From a virus (taxonomy: Duplodnaviria; Caudoviricetes), in IMG/VR virus record IMGVR_UViG_3300031992_000018, positions 96,001 to 160,000 of that record: a stretch of 64,000 nt of DNA; one strand, given 5' to 3'. Shown one piece after another: positions 1 to 10,127 of the stretch; within the stretch, counting starts at the first letter, position 1; each line of letters opens with the position of its first letter. The translations under genes were made by a program, and so were the position numbers. The notes under the pieces were generated by a model. It saw only the letters and a program-made list of their open reading frames with translations, was not told the origin of the DNA and ran no database searches.

Positions 1-7
1 ATAGAAA

Positions 8-40
8 AAGGAGAGATTAATTAAAACCTCTCCTTTTTTT
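8..40. terminator. Intrinsic terminator hairpin
   Basis: aaggagag...ctctcctt inverted repeat followed by a T-run. Confidence 0.7.
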
Positions 41-127
41 AAGTTATTATAGCATATTTACATATATTTAAAAATAAACTTAAATATTTCTATATTATTA
101 AATATAATAATTATATATTGGATAGTT

Positions 128-634
128 ATGCTTATAGAACAAATGATGAATAAAAGAGATATTGCTACTAATATTTCTGTTATATTTCAGAATATATTTG
201 GTAAAGATATTTCTGGAGTTTTTATGATAGAAGATCTTGAAACACGAAATAATCAAGAGTTTAGAGAGTATATATTAAGTGAAATGTCTAGACTTAATTT
301 AGATATTATGATATTTACTGGTTGGGCATTTACAAAAGATTTATTTCATAAATTAATATCATATAAAAATTTTGAAGAAAATGATCAGTCTACAGAATTA
401 AGAGTACTTATATTTCCAGAAATATTAAGTATTATTGTTTTTAAGAATGTAGATGTAATGAAATCTTCAATTAAGAAGCTTACACAAGAACATAAATTAT
501 GTTCAGATATTAATATTAAGAATATAGTAGAATTAGATAATGGTATTGAAATAAATTATTATACAAATACTGTAACTAAATTATTTGAAGAAAAACCAAA
601 ATCATTACAAGAAATTATTGAAACAGATGAATAA
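128..634 (+). CDS. Hypothetical protein
   Basis: 168-aa ORF downstream of a CTATATT motif (90-96). Confidence 0.6.
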   Translation: MLIEQMMNKRDIATNISVIFQNIFGKDISGVFMIEDLETRNNQEFREYILSEMSRLNLDIMIFTGWAFTKDLFHKLISYKNFEENDQSTELRVLIFPEILSIIVFKNVDVMKSSIKKLTQEHKLCSDINIKNIVELDNGIEINYYTNTVTKLFEEKPKSLQEIIETDE

Positions 635-1436
635 GATACTTATAATACCTGATGTACATGGTCGTTCTTTTTGGAAAGAAGAAGTATATAGAGTAATTGA
701 AAATGAAAAGGATACTCATATAGTTTTTCTTGGTGATTATATTGATCCATATTCTTATGAAGGAATATTTCCAGAAGATGGTATTGCTGCTCTTGAAGAA
801 ATTATTGATTTAAAGATAAAATATAAGGATCAAATAACTCTTCTTCTTGGTAATCATGATTGTGGTTATATTTGGGATAGTGTATGTAGAGCAAGAAGAA
901 GTGTAAAATATTATAAAGATATAAATCATTTATTAGTATCTAATTTATCATTATTTGATTTAGCATATAAAGTAGAATTTGGTAATAAGAAATATCTTTT
1001 TACTCATGCTGGTGTACATAAAGTATGGATAGATAGATTTATTGATTATTTAAATGTTAAAATTGGATATAATGATATTGATTTCTTTTTAAATAATGCT
1101 CTTCATGTAGATACATATTCAGATGCTCTTGAATCTTTTCTTGGTGAGTATTCTTATTTCAGATCATATTTTGGACCAGATTATGGTTCATGTATATGGG
1201 CAGATGTAAGAGAATTATCTGAAGAACTTCCTCATAGAAAAAAAGATAAAGAACTTGGATATTTTCAAATATTTGGTCATACTCAATTAGAAAATGAACC
1301 GATTATTCAAGATGGATTTGCATGTCTTGATGTAAGAAGGTATTTTTATTTAACAGATGAAAATAAACTATTAGATCCTAAACATCCTACATGTGAATGG
1401 GAATATGATTTAAATAATTTAGATAAGAAGCAATAA
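627..1436 (+). CDS. Calcineurin-like metallophosphoesterase
   Basis: DVHG, GDYID, GNHD, HAG and GHT motifs; likely start ATG 627 overlapping the upstream stop. Confidence 0.9.
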   Translation: MNKILIIPDVHGRSFWKEEVYRVIENEKDTHIVFLGDYIDPYSYEGIFPEDGIAALEEIIDLKIKYKDQITLLLGNHDCGYIWDSVCRARRSVKYYKDINHLLVSNLSLFDLAYKVEFGNKKYLFTHAGVHKVWIDRFIDYLNVKIGYNDIDFFLNNALHVDTYSDALESFLGEYSYFRSYFGPDYGSCIWADVRELSEELPHRKKDKELGYFQIFGHTQLENEPIIQDGFACLDVRRYFYLTDENKLLDPKHPTCEWEYDLNNLDKKQ

Positions 1437-1490
1437 TGAATATTGCTTCTATTTTTTTCTATATTATTATATATTTTAGATAGTATAGTT

Positions 1491-3371
1491 ATGATTAGTC
1501 GTCAAGAAGTAGAATATAATGTTAATGATTTTGTATCTAAGAATTTAGATAATTTTTCTTTTAGAGAATATCAAAAAGAAACAATTGTTGATATAATTCT
1601 TAATATACTTAATCATGAACATAAAAATTATATTGTAGAAGCTCCAACAGGAAGTGGTAAATCATTAATTAATATTATATCTGCTTGTGTATTAAGAAAT
1701 TATTATAAAATTACATCATATATACTTGTATCAGATTTGTATCTTTGGGAACAGTATGAAAATTTTTTGAAAAAGAATAAACAATTAAATATTGCTTCTC
1801 TTAAAGGACAGACTGGTAATTATTGTTGTGCTATAAATGGTGAAGATATACGTCATGGTGATTGTAGATTAGCTGGTCTTTCTTGGGCAAGTTTATTTAA
1901 TAAAACAACAATAGAAAGATATGGATATGATTGTGCATATACATGTGAATATGTAAATGCTAGAAGAAAAGCAACTAAATCAGAAATATGTATTATGACA
2001 TATCAGCTTTTCTTATTTATTATGAACAATCCTCAATTTAATAGTGATGGAAAAGGAGGATTTATGTTTCCTCCTCATGATGTATTATTCTGTGATGAGT
2101 GTCATAATATTCCAGGTATTGTTCAAATGGAATATGCTCCTACTATTGTAGAAAATGATTTTGATAAATTATGTTTAATATTTGACAGATATTTTAATAA
2201 GAAATTTAATCTTTTTGAAGATAAACAAAGTGATATATTATTAGATACTTTTCCTTATAAGACATCTTCAGAAATGAAAGAAGATATGATTAAATTTTGG
2301 AATACATGGACTAATCCAGAATCAAGAAAAGATGAGGATTATGAATGTATGAAAAAATATGTCAATATTATTATGAAATTAGGAGAATTTTCTAAGGACA
2401 TTGAATTAGAAATTTCTACTAAGAAACTAAATAAAGAGAATATCACAAAAGAAGATATGAAAATTTATAAAGTTTCTAGTTGGTATGCTAATTATTGGTG
2501 TCATTGGGAAGATTTTCTTGATGCTATAAAAAATACTAGTACAGATTATCTTCTTAAAGATATTACAATAGCAAATGATGATAATCATGTTTCTGTATCA
2601 TTTAAATGTACAAAAGAAGATTATCTTGTTTATAGATATTTATTAAGTAAAGCGAACTATAAAGTATTTTGTTCTGCTACTATTGGTGGTAAAGATGCAT
2701 ATGATGAAAATATGGGATTTAGATATGATGTTGATGAAAATCGTTCTGAAGAATTAAATAAATCAAAATCAGTTAAAGTTCCATCTACATTTGATTTTAC
2801 TAAATCTCCTATTCATTTTTTGAATAAATTTAAAATGTCATTTAAAGATAAAGAAATTTCTTTTTATCATTTAAAGAATGTAATTTATTCAATATGCAAT
2901 ACTAAGTTTAAAGATCAAAAAGGAATGATTCAAACTGGTTCATATTATTTTGCTAAGAAATTATATGATGAAGCTCCTTTTGAAATTAAACAAAGAATGC
3001 TTGTTTATAGTGGTTCTAAAGAAAAGAATACAATGATTCAAATTCATCAGATGAGTACAAATACTATTCTTGTTGGACCAACATTAAATACTGGTATTGA
3101 CCTTCCTGGAGATGAATGTAGATTTATCATTATACTTAAAGTACCATATCCAAGTATGGCTGATAAACTTGTAAAAGAAAAGATTAAGTTATTTCCTCTT
3201 TGGTATAATTCAAGTACAAGTAATGAGATAATCCAAGGTATTGGTCGTGGTGTACGTTATGATGGTGATTGGTGTGTAACTTATATACTTGATGCTTGTT
3301 TCTGGAATTTATATTTAAGTACAAAAGAACAATATCCAGAAGAATTACAAAAAAGAATAAATATAATATAA
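1491..3371 (+). CDS. DinG/Rad3-family ATP-dependent helicase
   Basis: FREYQ Q-motif, APTGSGKS, DECH, SAT, GIDLPGD, QGIGRGVR; Cys cluster; likely start ATG 1491. Confidence 0.88.
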   Translation: MISRQEVEYNVNDFVSKNLDNFSFREYQKETIVDIILNILNHEHKNYIVEAPTGSGKSLINIISACVLRNYYKITSYILVSDLYLWEQYENFLKKNKQLNIASLKGQTGNYCCAINGEDIRHGDCRLAGLSWASLFNKTTIERYGYDCAYTCEYVNARRKATKSEICIMTYQLFLFIMNNPQFNSDGKGGFMFPPHDVLFCDECHNIPGIVQMEYAPTIVENDFDKLCLIFDRYFNKKFNLFEDKQSDILLDTFPYKTSSEMKEDMIKFWNTWTNPESRKDEDYECMKKYVNIIMKLGEFSKDIELEISTKKLNKENITKEDMKIYKVSSWYANYWCHWEDFLDAIKNTSTDYLLKDITIANDDNHVSVSFKCTKEDYLVYRYLLSKANYKVFCSATIGGKDAYDENMGFRYDVDENRSEELNKSKSVKVPSTFDFTKSPIHFLNKFKMSFKDKEISFYHLKNVIYSICNTKFKDQKGMIQTGSYYFAKKLYDEAPFEIKQRMLVYSGSKEKNTMIQIHQMSTNTILVGPTLNTGIDLPGDECRFIIILKVPYPSMADKLVKEKIKLFPLWYNSSTSNEIIQGIGRGVRYDGDWCVTYILDACFWNLYLSTKEQYPEELQKRINII

Positions 3372-3372
3372 T

Positions 3373-3702
3373 ATGGAAAATTTTAATGATATATTACCAG
3401 GACAATATATATGGTTTTCTGATGAAGGAAATGTAGGTCAATATAAAGTTGTTGATATTGATAAAAAGAATAATAAATTAGTTTATAATAATGGTGATAA
3501 AGATATAGAAATTCCATTTGATTATAAATCATCAAAATGTGATAAATTTTATGCAAATGGAAGTGATGCTTTTGATAATGCTAGAGAATATGCAAATAAA
3601 TATTATAAAATATTAAATCCTGGTACTATAAATGCTCATACAGTATATAAATCACCAGAAGAAATATCTATACAAAATGTTAAACAAATGTTATTTGATT
3701 AA
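3373..3702 (+). CDS. Hypothetical protein
   Basis: ORF tightly packed in operon. Confidence 0.6.
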   Translation: MENFNDILPGQYIWFSDEGNVGQYKVVDIDKKNNKLVYNNGDKDIEIPFDYKSSKCDKFYANGSDAFDNAREYANKYYKILNPGTINAHTVYKSPEEISIQNVKQMLFD

Positions 3703-3704
3703 TT

Positions 3705-4238
3705 ATGGATGCAAAAGAATATAAAATTACAATTAAAGAATTAAGAGAACAAAGAGATTTCTATCAAAAAGAAGCAAACAGACTTGCTAAAGAAATGGAT
3801 GAACTTGTAAATTCAATTAATAAAGAAACAGTTAATTGGATGATTGGTAAATATCTTAAGATTGATAGAAGAAATACAGGTGGTTATCTTGAATTCTTTT
3901 ATGTTGATAATATAGATACACGTCCAAGAGGATATACACTTTATGGAAAGGGTTTTGATATAAGTGAGATTGTAATAAAAATAAATGATACATGTACATT
4001 ATTTGTAGAAGATGGGAATCTTGATTGTATTTCAGAAATAACTAAAGATGATTTTTATAAAGCATTTGATGAATATGTTAAATTATTTAGAGAAAAACTA
4101 AATGATATTAAAAATTATAAATCTTTAGGAAATCAATTTGCATTTAAAAATTCTATGATAAGTGCAACATTAGAACTTAAAGATAAAAATTCATTCTCAA
4201 ATAAAATACTTGAAGTATTAAAAATAAATGAAGAATAA
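3705..4238 (+). CDS. Hypothetical protein
   Basis: ORF tightly packed in operon. Confidence 0.6.
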   Translation: MDAKEYKITIKELREQRDFYQKEANRLAKEMDELVNSINKETVNWMIGKYLKIDRRNTGGYLEFFYVDNIDTRPRGYTLYGKGFDISEIVIKINDTCTLFVEDGNLDCISEITKDDFYKAFDEYVKLFREKLNDIKNYKSLGNQFAFKNSMISATLELKDKNSFSNKILEVLKINEE

Positions 4239-4240
4239 TT

Positions 4241-4624
4241 ATGAATCCAATACCTTTGAATAATGAAACCATGGGATTTAACCAAGAAGTTTATTTTGAT
4301 ATTCTAAAACAAAGAGAAACTATATTAAAGACTGAAGAAGAAAATAAAAAGAAAAGAAAAGAATATTTAAAATTAACAGAACCACTTAGAAAAGAACTTG
4401 AAAATCTAAGGAAAGAAGAATTAGAAAAATTAATGTTAAATAAAAAATTTATAAGATATTGTAAAATTGGAAAAGAAAGTGGTTTTTTAACAAAAGATTA
4501 TCATATTCAAAGATCTACGGGTGGTTGTGGATTTGAAGATATTGATTTGATTTATGAATATGGTTCTAAAGAATATAAAAAGAAGGTAAAAGAAATAATT
4601 AATAAGATTAATCAAATTAAATAG
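4241..4624 (+). CDS. Hypothetical protein
   Basis: ORF tightly packed in operon. Confidence 0.55.
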   Translation: MNPIPLNNETMGFNQEVYFDILKQRETILKTEEENKKKRKEYLKLTEPLRKELENLRKEELEKLMLNKKFIRYCKIGKESGFLTKDYHIQRSTGGCGFEDIDLIYEYGSKEYKKKVKEIINKINQIK

Positions 4625-4626
4625 TT

Positions 4627-5016
4627 ATGGTAAGGAAAAAGTCTTATAAAATTTTTGAAATGGATTATCTTAAACATGCAGATTTAACTGAAGATGATCT
4701 TTATTATCTTTTTGAAACTTCAAGTCTTAATTATTCTTTTTTGATTGATGAGTTTAAAAGAACTAACCAAGAAATAACTGATGAAAAAAAGATAATCAAT
4801 CTTGTTAAAAATGATAAAGATTGGATGTATAAGTATTTTTGGACATCTAAGCAAAGAGAAGAATTTGAAAAAGATGTTAAAGAAGCATATATAAATATAA
4901 GACGATGTGGAAAAGAAGAAGCAGAAAGTTCTACACAATTTTGGATTATTATGTATGGACTTACAGATTCTAAATTAAGAAACAATAAAAATATTTCTAA
5001 ATTATGTGATGATTGA
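4627..5016 (+). CDS. Hypothetical protein
   Basis: ORF tightly packed in operon. Confidence 0.6.
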   Translation: MVRKKSYKIFEMDYLKHADLTEDDLYYLFETSSLNYSFLIDEFKRTNQEITDEKKIINLVKNDKDWMYKYFWTSKQREEFEKDVKEAYINIRRCGKEEAESSTQFWIIMYGLTDSKLRNNKNISKLCDD

Positions 5017-5641
5017 TATATATGTTGGAATTGATCCTTCAATAAATTCATCAGGTATTACATGTATGGCATATGAAAATAATACATTAATACGTGAGAT
5101 GTTTTATATTATAAAACCAGATAAATTAACAAAGAAAGAAGATAAAGCTGAACAAGACAATATTAATAGGTTTATGTATGTTATATATAATAAACCAGAA
5201 TATGATAAAGAAAATAATCATGCTGTTGAATATTATAAAACATTAATATTTAAAGAAATACTTAATAATATTGAAGAAGTAATTAAAAAATTTATTATTC
5301 AAGTAACAGATAATAAACCTTATAATTTATATATTTGCCAAGAAGGTATTTCATATGGATCTTCAATAAGAACAAAATCTGTATTTGATTTAGCTGGATT
5401 AAATTTCTTATTAAGAATGATGGTAATAATTAAATTTGATATTACATTCTTTTTAATTGCTACTCCAAGTGAAATAAAAAAGAAAACATCTGGAAATGGT
5501 AATTGCAAAAAAGAAGTAATGATAGATTTATTTAAAGCTTGCAGACCAGATTTTGATTTACCTAAAATTGATGATATTGCTGATTCATTTTGGATGGCAA
5601 ATTATATTAAAAATTTACATGAAGAAGGAATAGTACAATGA
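5006..5641 (+). CDS. RuvC-like Holliday junction resolvase
   Basis: VGIDPS N-terminal motif, catalytic Glu (QEG), PSEIKK..SGNGN..K, DDIADS. Confidence 0.85.
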   Translation: MMIDIYVGIDPSINSSGITCMAYENNTLIREMFYIIKPDKLTKKEDKAEQDNINRFMYVIYNKPEYDKENNHAVEYYKTLIFKEILNNIEEVIKKFIIQVTDNKPYNLYICQEGISYGSSIRTKSVFDLAGLNFLLRMMVIIKFDITFFLIATPSEIKKKTSGNGNCKKEVMIDLFKACRPDFDLPKIDDIADSFWMANYIKNLHEEGIVQ

Positions 5642-6606
5642 AGAAAATACTTATATTAGTAATGTCTTGTAAAGATGAATTTTTTCAAGAACAAGAAAAA
5701 TTTATAGATCAGACCTGGGGTAAAGATGTTTTAGAAGGTAAATATCCTAATATAAAAATCATGAAATATCATGGTGGAGAAGATAAAAATGAAATTACAT
5801 CTACAGAAATGAAATTACATTGTGAAGATGATATAAATAATACTTTTAAAAAGACTTATTTAGCATTTTCATTAGCTAAAAAATATATGAATTATGATTA
5901 TATTTTTAGAGTAAATACTTCTACATATGTAAATATTGACCTTCTTAATAATTTTGTTCAAAATTTAAAAACTGATGATGTTCTTTGGTGTGCAGAACTT
6001 TATTCATTATCAGAATCAATGACTCCATTTCCATTAAATCTTTTTGGACGAGGTAATGCTCTTTTATTTTCAAGTTATCTTATTGATATTATATTATCTC
6101 AAGGATTTTCATATTTATATTTTAATATGACTGATGATAATACAATAGGAAATATTTTAAATTCTTATTGGATGAAAAATAATATGAATTATTTAGATCA
6201 TATTAAGTCATTCCGTCATGGTTGGTTTAGATGTATTGGTAGTGATGTTATTACTAAAAATACAATATGTCAATGGAATAATAGTAATTGTTCTTTTGAT
6301 TTTATGAAAAACTTTATGACAATTCAAATAAAAAGATATTGGGAAAGAGAAAAAGAAAATCAAAATTATATAGATTTATATAATAATTGTTTTAGAGATA
6401 ATAAAGATAATAATATTCAAGAAGCAATAGATTTACAATATGAATATTCAAAAAATCCTAATGTTTTTATCGGTTCAATTCTTGGTTATATATCATATGA
6501 TAAATGGTTAGAAATAGATAAACAATATTTATATAAAACAGAAGTAAATAATAAAAGTATTGATGATATAAATAGAGGTAAAGGTAAAGATTTAATTATA
6601 TTATGA
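5638..6606 (+). CDS. Putative glycosyltransferase (GT31/galactosyltransferase-like)
   Basis: ILILVMSC..., TWGK, KT..AF, YDYIFRVNTSTYVN, DDNTIG pattern. Confidence 0.55.
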   Translation: MKKILILVMSCKDEFFQEQEKFIDQTWGKDVLEGKYPNIKIMKYHGGEDKNEITSTEMKLHCEDDINNTFKKTYLAFSLAKKYMNYDYIFRVNTSTYVNIDLLNNFVQNLKTDDVLWCAELYSLSESMTPFPLNLFGRGNALLFSSYLIDIILSQGFSYLYFNMTDDNTIGNILNSYWMKNNMNYLDHIKSFRHGWFRCIGSDVITKNTICQWNNSNCSFDFMKNFMTIQIKRYWEREKENQNYIDLYNNCFRDNKDNNIQEAIDLQYEYSKNPNVFIGSILGYISYDKWLEIDKQYLYKTEVNNKSIDDINRGKGKDLIIL

Positions 6607-7337
6607 CAGATACAAGTATATATATATTAGCATATGATAAAGTAACATTATTAGATGATTCATTAAAAGTATTATATTGTGGTAAAACAGATAATACTGG
6701 AGATAATATATCTAATAAGAATGAGTATTTTGTTGAGACAACAGGAATTTATTGGATTTGGAAAAATACAAATAGTAAATATATTGGAAATATGCAATAT
6801 AGAAGATTTTTAAGTATTAATCCAAGATATATTGAAAATATACTAAAAGATTATGATATAATATTAGCAAATCCAATTATATTTCCATATTCATTAAGGA
6901 CTCAATACATGTATAAACATAATGTAAATGATATTGATACAATAAAAAATATAATTAAAGATAAATTTCCAAGTTATTTAGATTCTTATGAAAAATATAT
7001 TGAAAATGGAAATGTTCTTTTTTATAGTAATTCATTTATAACTAAAAGGGAGATTTATAATGATTTATGTAATTTTTGTTTTTCTATTTTATTTGAATTC
7101 GAAAAAATATTTAATTTATCAAATAAAGAAGATAGATTAAGACATGCAGCAGAAGCATTAAAATTATATCCTGAACAAAAAGAAGTAAGTCATTCTGGAG
7201 AAGATATTGTATTATATCAATCTAGATTTTGTGGATATTTATTTGAAAGATTATTAACATTATATATATATCATAATAAGTTGAATATATATTTATGTGG
7301 AAATTATATAAAATTAGAAGATAATATGAAAATATAA
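6603..7337 (+). CDS. DUF4422-family polysaccharide biosynthesis protein
   Basis: GDNISNKN.YF.ETTGIYWIWKN, G..QYRRF, R..GYL.ERL. Confidence 0.8.
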   Translation: MTDTSIYILAYDKVTLLDDSLKVLYCGKTDNTGDNISNKNEYFVETTGIYWIWKNTNSKYIGNMQYRRFLSINPRYIENILKDYDIILANPIIFPYSLRTQYMYKHNVNDIDTIKNIIKDKFPSYLDSYEKYIENGNVLFYSNSFITKREIYNDLCNFCFSILFEFEKIFNLSNKEDRLRHAAEALKLYPEQKEVSHSGEDIVLYQSRFCGYLFERLLTLYIYHNKLNIYLCGNYIKLEDNMKI

Positions 7338-7346
7338 GTAAAAATT

Positions 7347-7374
7347 TTGAATTTCCTCATTTTTGTTCTATATT
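7347..7374 (+). promoter_or_regulatory. Putative early promoter TTGAAT-N16-TATATT
   Basis: Same spacing and sequence at 23963, 52686, 58124, 62008. Confidence 0.7.
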
Positions 7375-7401
7375 ATTAATGTAATTAAAACAAACAACAT
7401 T

Positions 7402-8016
7402 ATGAAAAAGAACATCGATATTTTTTCCAAAGATTATCAGAAACAACTTAAAGAACGTTATTCTATTGCTCTTGAGGATGTTTGGAAAAAAGATAGTAAG
7501 ATGATTGATTGGGCAATGAAGCAGATTACATTCATTGCTCCAATTTGTGACGGTAAATATTTAATTGAATTTACAAAACCCAATATTGAAACTGAATTCT
7601 GGTTTGGTGAATCTGATTGTGGACAGGGTTTTTCTCATGATGAGAATAATAAACGTATGAATAAAGTTAGGTTGACTTTGGAAGAATATTTCATTAATAA
7701 GAATATGGAAAGTATTAATAATGAAATTAATACTATCAAAAATATTCTTAATGGAAAATCTTCAAATAAAGCTAAACATTATTTACAGTATTGGAATTCC
7801 CCTGCTGATTCTCCAATTCATGATTTTACTATCGAAAGTCCTTATTATAGAAGTGGAGTAAGTGGTGAAACTTATGATATTTCTAATAAAGATCTGAAAA
7901 TCATTCTTAAAGCTCTTGAGCTTAATAAAGAGAGATTTATGACTCGATTGGTTTCTTATCTTAAGAAATATGGTACTAAAAAAATCCGTGTTAGTTCTTA
8001 CTGGCTTGATAGGTAA
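7402..8016 (+). CDS. Hypothetical protein
   Basis: Likely start ATG 7402 downstream of the promoter. Confidence 0.7.
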   Translation: MKKNIDIFSKDYQKQLKERYSIALEDVWKKDSKMIDWAMKQITFIAPICDGKYLIEFTKPNIETEFWFGESDCGQGFSHDENNKRMNKVRLTLEEYFINKNMESINNEINTIKNILNGKSSNKAKHYLQYWNSPADSPIHDFTIESPYYRSGVSGETYDISNKDLKIILKALELNKERFMTRLVSYLKKYGTKKIRVSSYWLDR

Positions 8017-8017
8017 T

Positions 8018-8479
8018 ATGAATAAATACATGATTATTGCTTTACGTCAACGTGCTAAGCAAACAATAAAGGCATTTTCAAAACGTCTTGAGGAATATAA
8101 TTCTATAACAAATTCAAATATTGATTTTCATACATTTTTTGTAGATGTTTTGAATTATTCTGAAGAAGATTATTTGAATTTACTTACTGTTAAAATTAAA
8201 TTTGAAAAAATAAGAAAAGATAGAGAAACTCCTAAGAAGAAAAAAATAGACCAAAATAAATTAATTGAACATGGAATAGGAGATACAGAAAATCCTGAAT
8301 ATAAAAAATACTGGGATATTTTTACAGACTATAATGAAAATTATCTTGGAGATGAATCTATTAAAGGTAAAAAATGCTTAAAGCAATATTTTATTTATAA
8401 ATATAATTATGATGAAGATAAAGCTTATGCTGAATCTAGAAAAATAACATCTATAATTTTTAAAAAGAAAAAGAAGTAA
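8018..8479 (+). CDS. Hypothetical protein
   Basis: Likely start ATG 8018 just after the upstream stop. Confidence 0.55.
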   Translation: MNKYMIIALRQRAKQTIKAFSKRLEEYNSITNSNIDFHTFFVDVLNYSEEDYLNLLTVKIKFEKIRKDRETPKKKKIDQNKLIEHGIGDTENPEYKKYWDIFTDYNENYLGDESIKGKKCLKQYFIYKYNYDEDKAYAESRKITSIIFKKKKK

Positions 8480-8481
8480 TT

Positions 8482-9105
8482 ATGGATAAGAGAGAATTTA
8501 TTAGTTATCTTGGTGGTATTAGTGATATTGAAATTGGTATTCGTAAAGAAGCTGCAAGTGTTCATGAAAATGTAAATCAACATTATGATGAACATCCTTA
8601 TTTCTATCATCTTAATAAGGTTGCTACTAATGTAATTAAATTTGGTTATGAAATTATTACTAAAAAAGAAGATATTCTCCCTGTTCTTTTCAGCTCATAT
8701 TTTCATGACTCTATTGAAGATGCAAGACTTACTTATAATGATGTAAGGAAAATTGCAGAGAAGTATATGACTGAAGAACAGGCATTTCTTGCTGTCGAGA
8801 TTATATATGCTCTTACTAATGAAAAGGGAAGGAATAGACATGAAAGAGCAAATGATAAATATTACGCAGGTATTCGTGATATTCCTTATGCTCCTCTTGT
8901 AAAAGCATGTGACCGCCTTTCTAATTATAACTTTGCTAAAGAAACAAAGTCTAGAATGGTAAAGATGTATGAAAAAGAAATGGATAATTTTATTAAAGCT
9001 ATTTCACCACAAGATGAATATGAAAAATATCCTGGAGTTGTACCAATCGATAAAAGATTTACTTTAACTGAAGAATTAATCTCAGCTCTTATGAGTACAG
9101 AATAA
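8482..9105 (+). CDS. HD-domain phosphohydrolase, RelA/SpoT hydrolase (SAH/MESH1)-like
   Basis: H..Q.Y..HPY..H, FHDSIED, ALT, VKACDRLSN. Confidence 0.75.
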   Translation: MDKREFISYLGGISDIEIGIRKEAASVHENVNQHYDEHPYFYHLNKVATNVIKFGYEIITKKEDILPVLFSSYFHDSIEDARLTYNDVRKIAEKYMTEEQAFLAVEIIYALTNEKGRNRHERANDKYYAGIRDIPYAPLVKACDRLSNYNFAKETKSRMVKMYEKEMDNFIKAISPQDEYEKYPGVVPIDKRFTLTEELISALMSTE

Positions 9106-9125
9106 TGTTTGTTGTTTTAATTACA

Positions 9126-9155
9126 AAAAAAGAGGTTCATTATTGAACCTCTTTT
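9126..9155. terminator. Bidirectional terminator, copy 1
   Basis: aaaagaggttca-ttat-tgaacctctttt. Confidence 0.8.
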
Positions 9156-9158
9156 AAA

Positions 9159-10046
9159 TTAATCATGATACCATTTAGGAGGATTTTTTTGTAAAGGAGA
9201 TTCTTTAAACATACGTAGCATATTTGTAACATTACTTACATTCCACTTTGATATATCCCCATTAAATTTAGAATTTAAAAACATACAATACATATTAGTA
9301 ACTTTACTTACATCCCAAGATGATATATCTCCATTAAATTCAGTCTTACTAAACATACTTGCCATACTTGTAACATTACTTACATCCCATTTTGATATAT
9401 CACCATTAAATTTAGAATTATAAAACATACTATTCATACCTGTAACATTGCTTACATTCCAAGATGATATATCACTATTAAAATCAGAATCACAAAACAT
9501 TGCCGACATATCAGTAACATTACTTACATCCCAAGAAGATATATCTCCATTAAATGATGAATAATAAAACATCTGTGACATATCAGTAACATTACTTACA
9601 TCCCAAGAAGATATATTTCCATTAAATAATGAATGATAAAACATAGAAATCATATCTTTAACATTACTTACATCCCAAGATGATATATCACCATTAAATT
9701 CAGAACCAGAAAACATTCTTTGCATATTAGTAACATTACTTACATCCCAAGATGATATATTTCCATTAAATTTAGAATTATAGAACATACTATCCATATT
9801 AGTAACATTACTTACATCCCAAGATGATATATTTCCATTAAATTTAGAATTATAGAACATACTATCCATATTAGTAACATTACTTACATCAATATCATTT
9901 AAATCAGCCTTATTTCCTCTTTCTTCAATAAGTTTATCTACTAAAGATTTAAGTTCATCTCTATCTTTAGGTTGATAATTATGTATTGGTTTAATATTTT
10001 TATTAAGATGAAGTTTTTCAAATAAGTAATTATTTAATTCTTTCAT
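9159..10046 (-). CDS. BspA-like DUF285 repeat protein with capsid-targeting-like leader
   Basis: About ten 22-aa repeats FNGDISSWDVSNVTxMxxMF; N-terminus MKELNNYLFEKLHLNKNI. Confidence 0.85.
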   Translation of the reverse strand: MKELNNYLFEKLHLNKNIKPIHNYQPKDRDELKSLVDKLIEERGNKADLNDIDVSNVTNMDSMFYNSKFNGNISSWDVSNVTNMDSMFYNSKFNGNISSWDVSNVTNMQRMFSGSEFNGDISSWDVSNVKDMISMFYHSLFNGNISSWDVSNVTDMSQMFYYSSFNGDISSWDVSNVTDMSAMFCDSDFNSDISSWNVSNVTGMNSMFYNSKFNGDISKWDVSNVTSMASMFSKTEFNGDISSWDVSKVTNMYCMFLNSKFNGDISKWNVSNVTNMLRMFKESPLQKNPPKWYHD

Positions 10047-10078
10047 TATATGTATAATATATTATTATATATAAAAAT

Positions 10079-10108
10079 AAAAAAGAGGTTCATTTATTGA
10101 ACCTCTTT
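10079..10108. terminator. Terminator, copy 2 (near-identical to 9126-9155)
   Basis: aaaagaggttca-tttat-tgaacctcttt. Confidence 0.8.
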
Positions 10109-10127
10109 CTATTTATATTTTAGTAAA

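Noticed and set aside
9190-9900. 66-bp repeats as a CRISPR array or DGR template
   Set aside because: In-frame coding repeats of DUF285; no unique spacers, cas genes or reverse transcriptase
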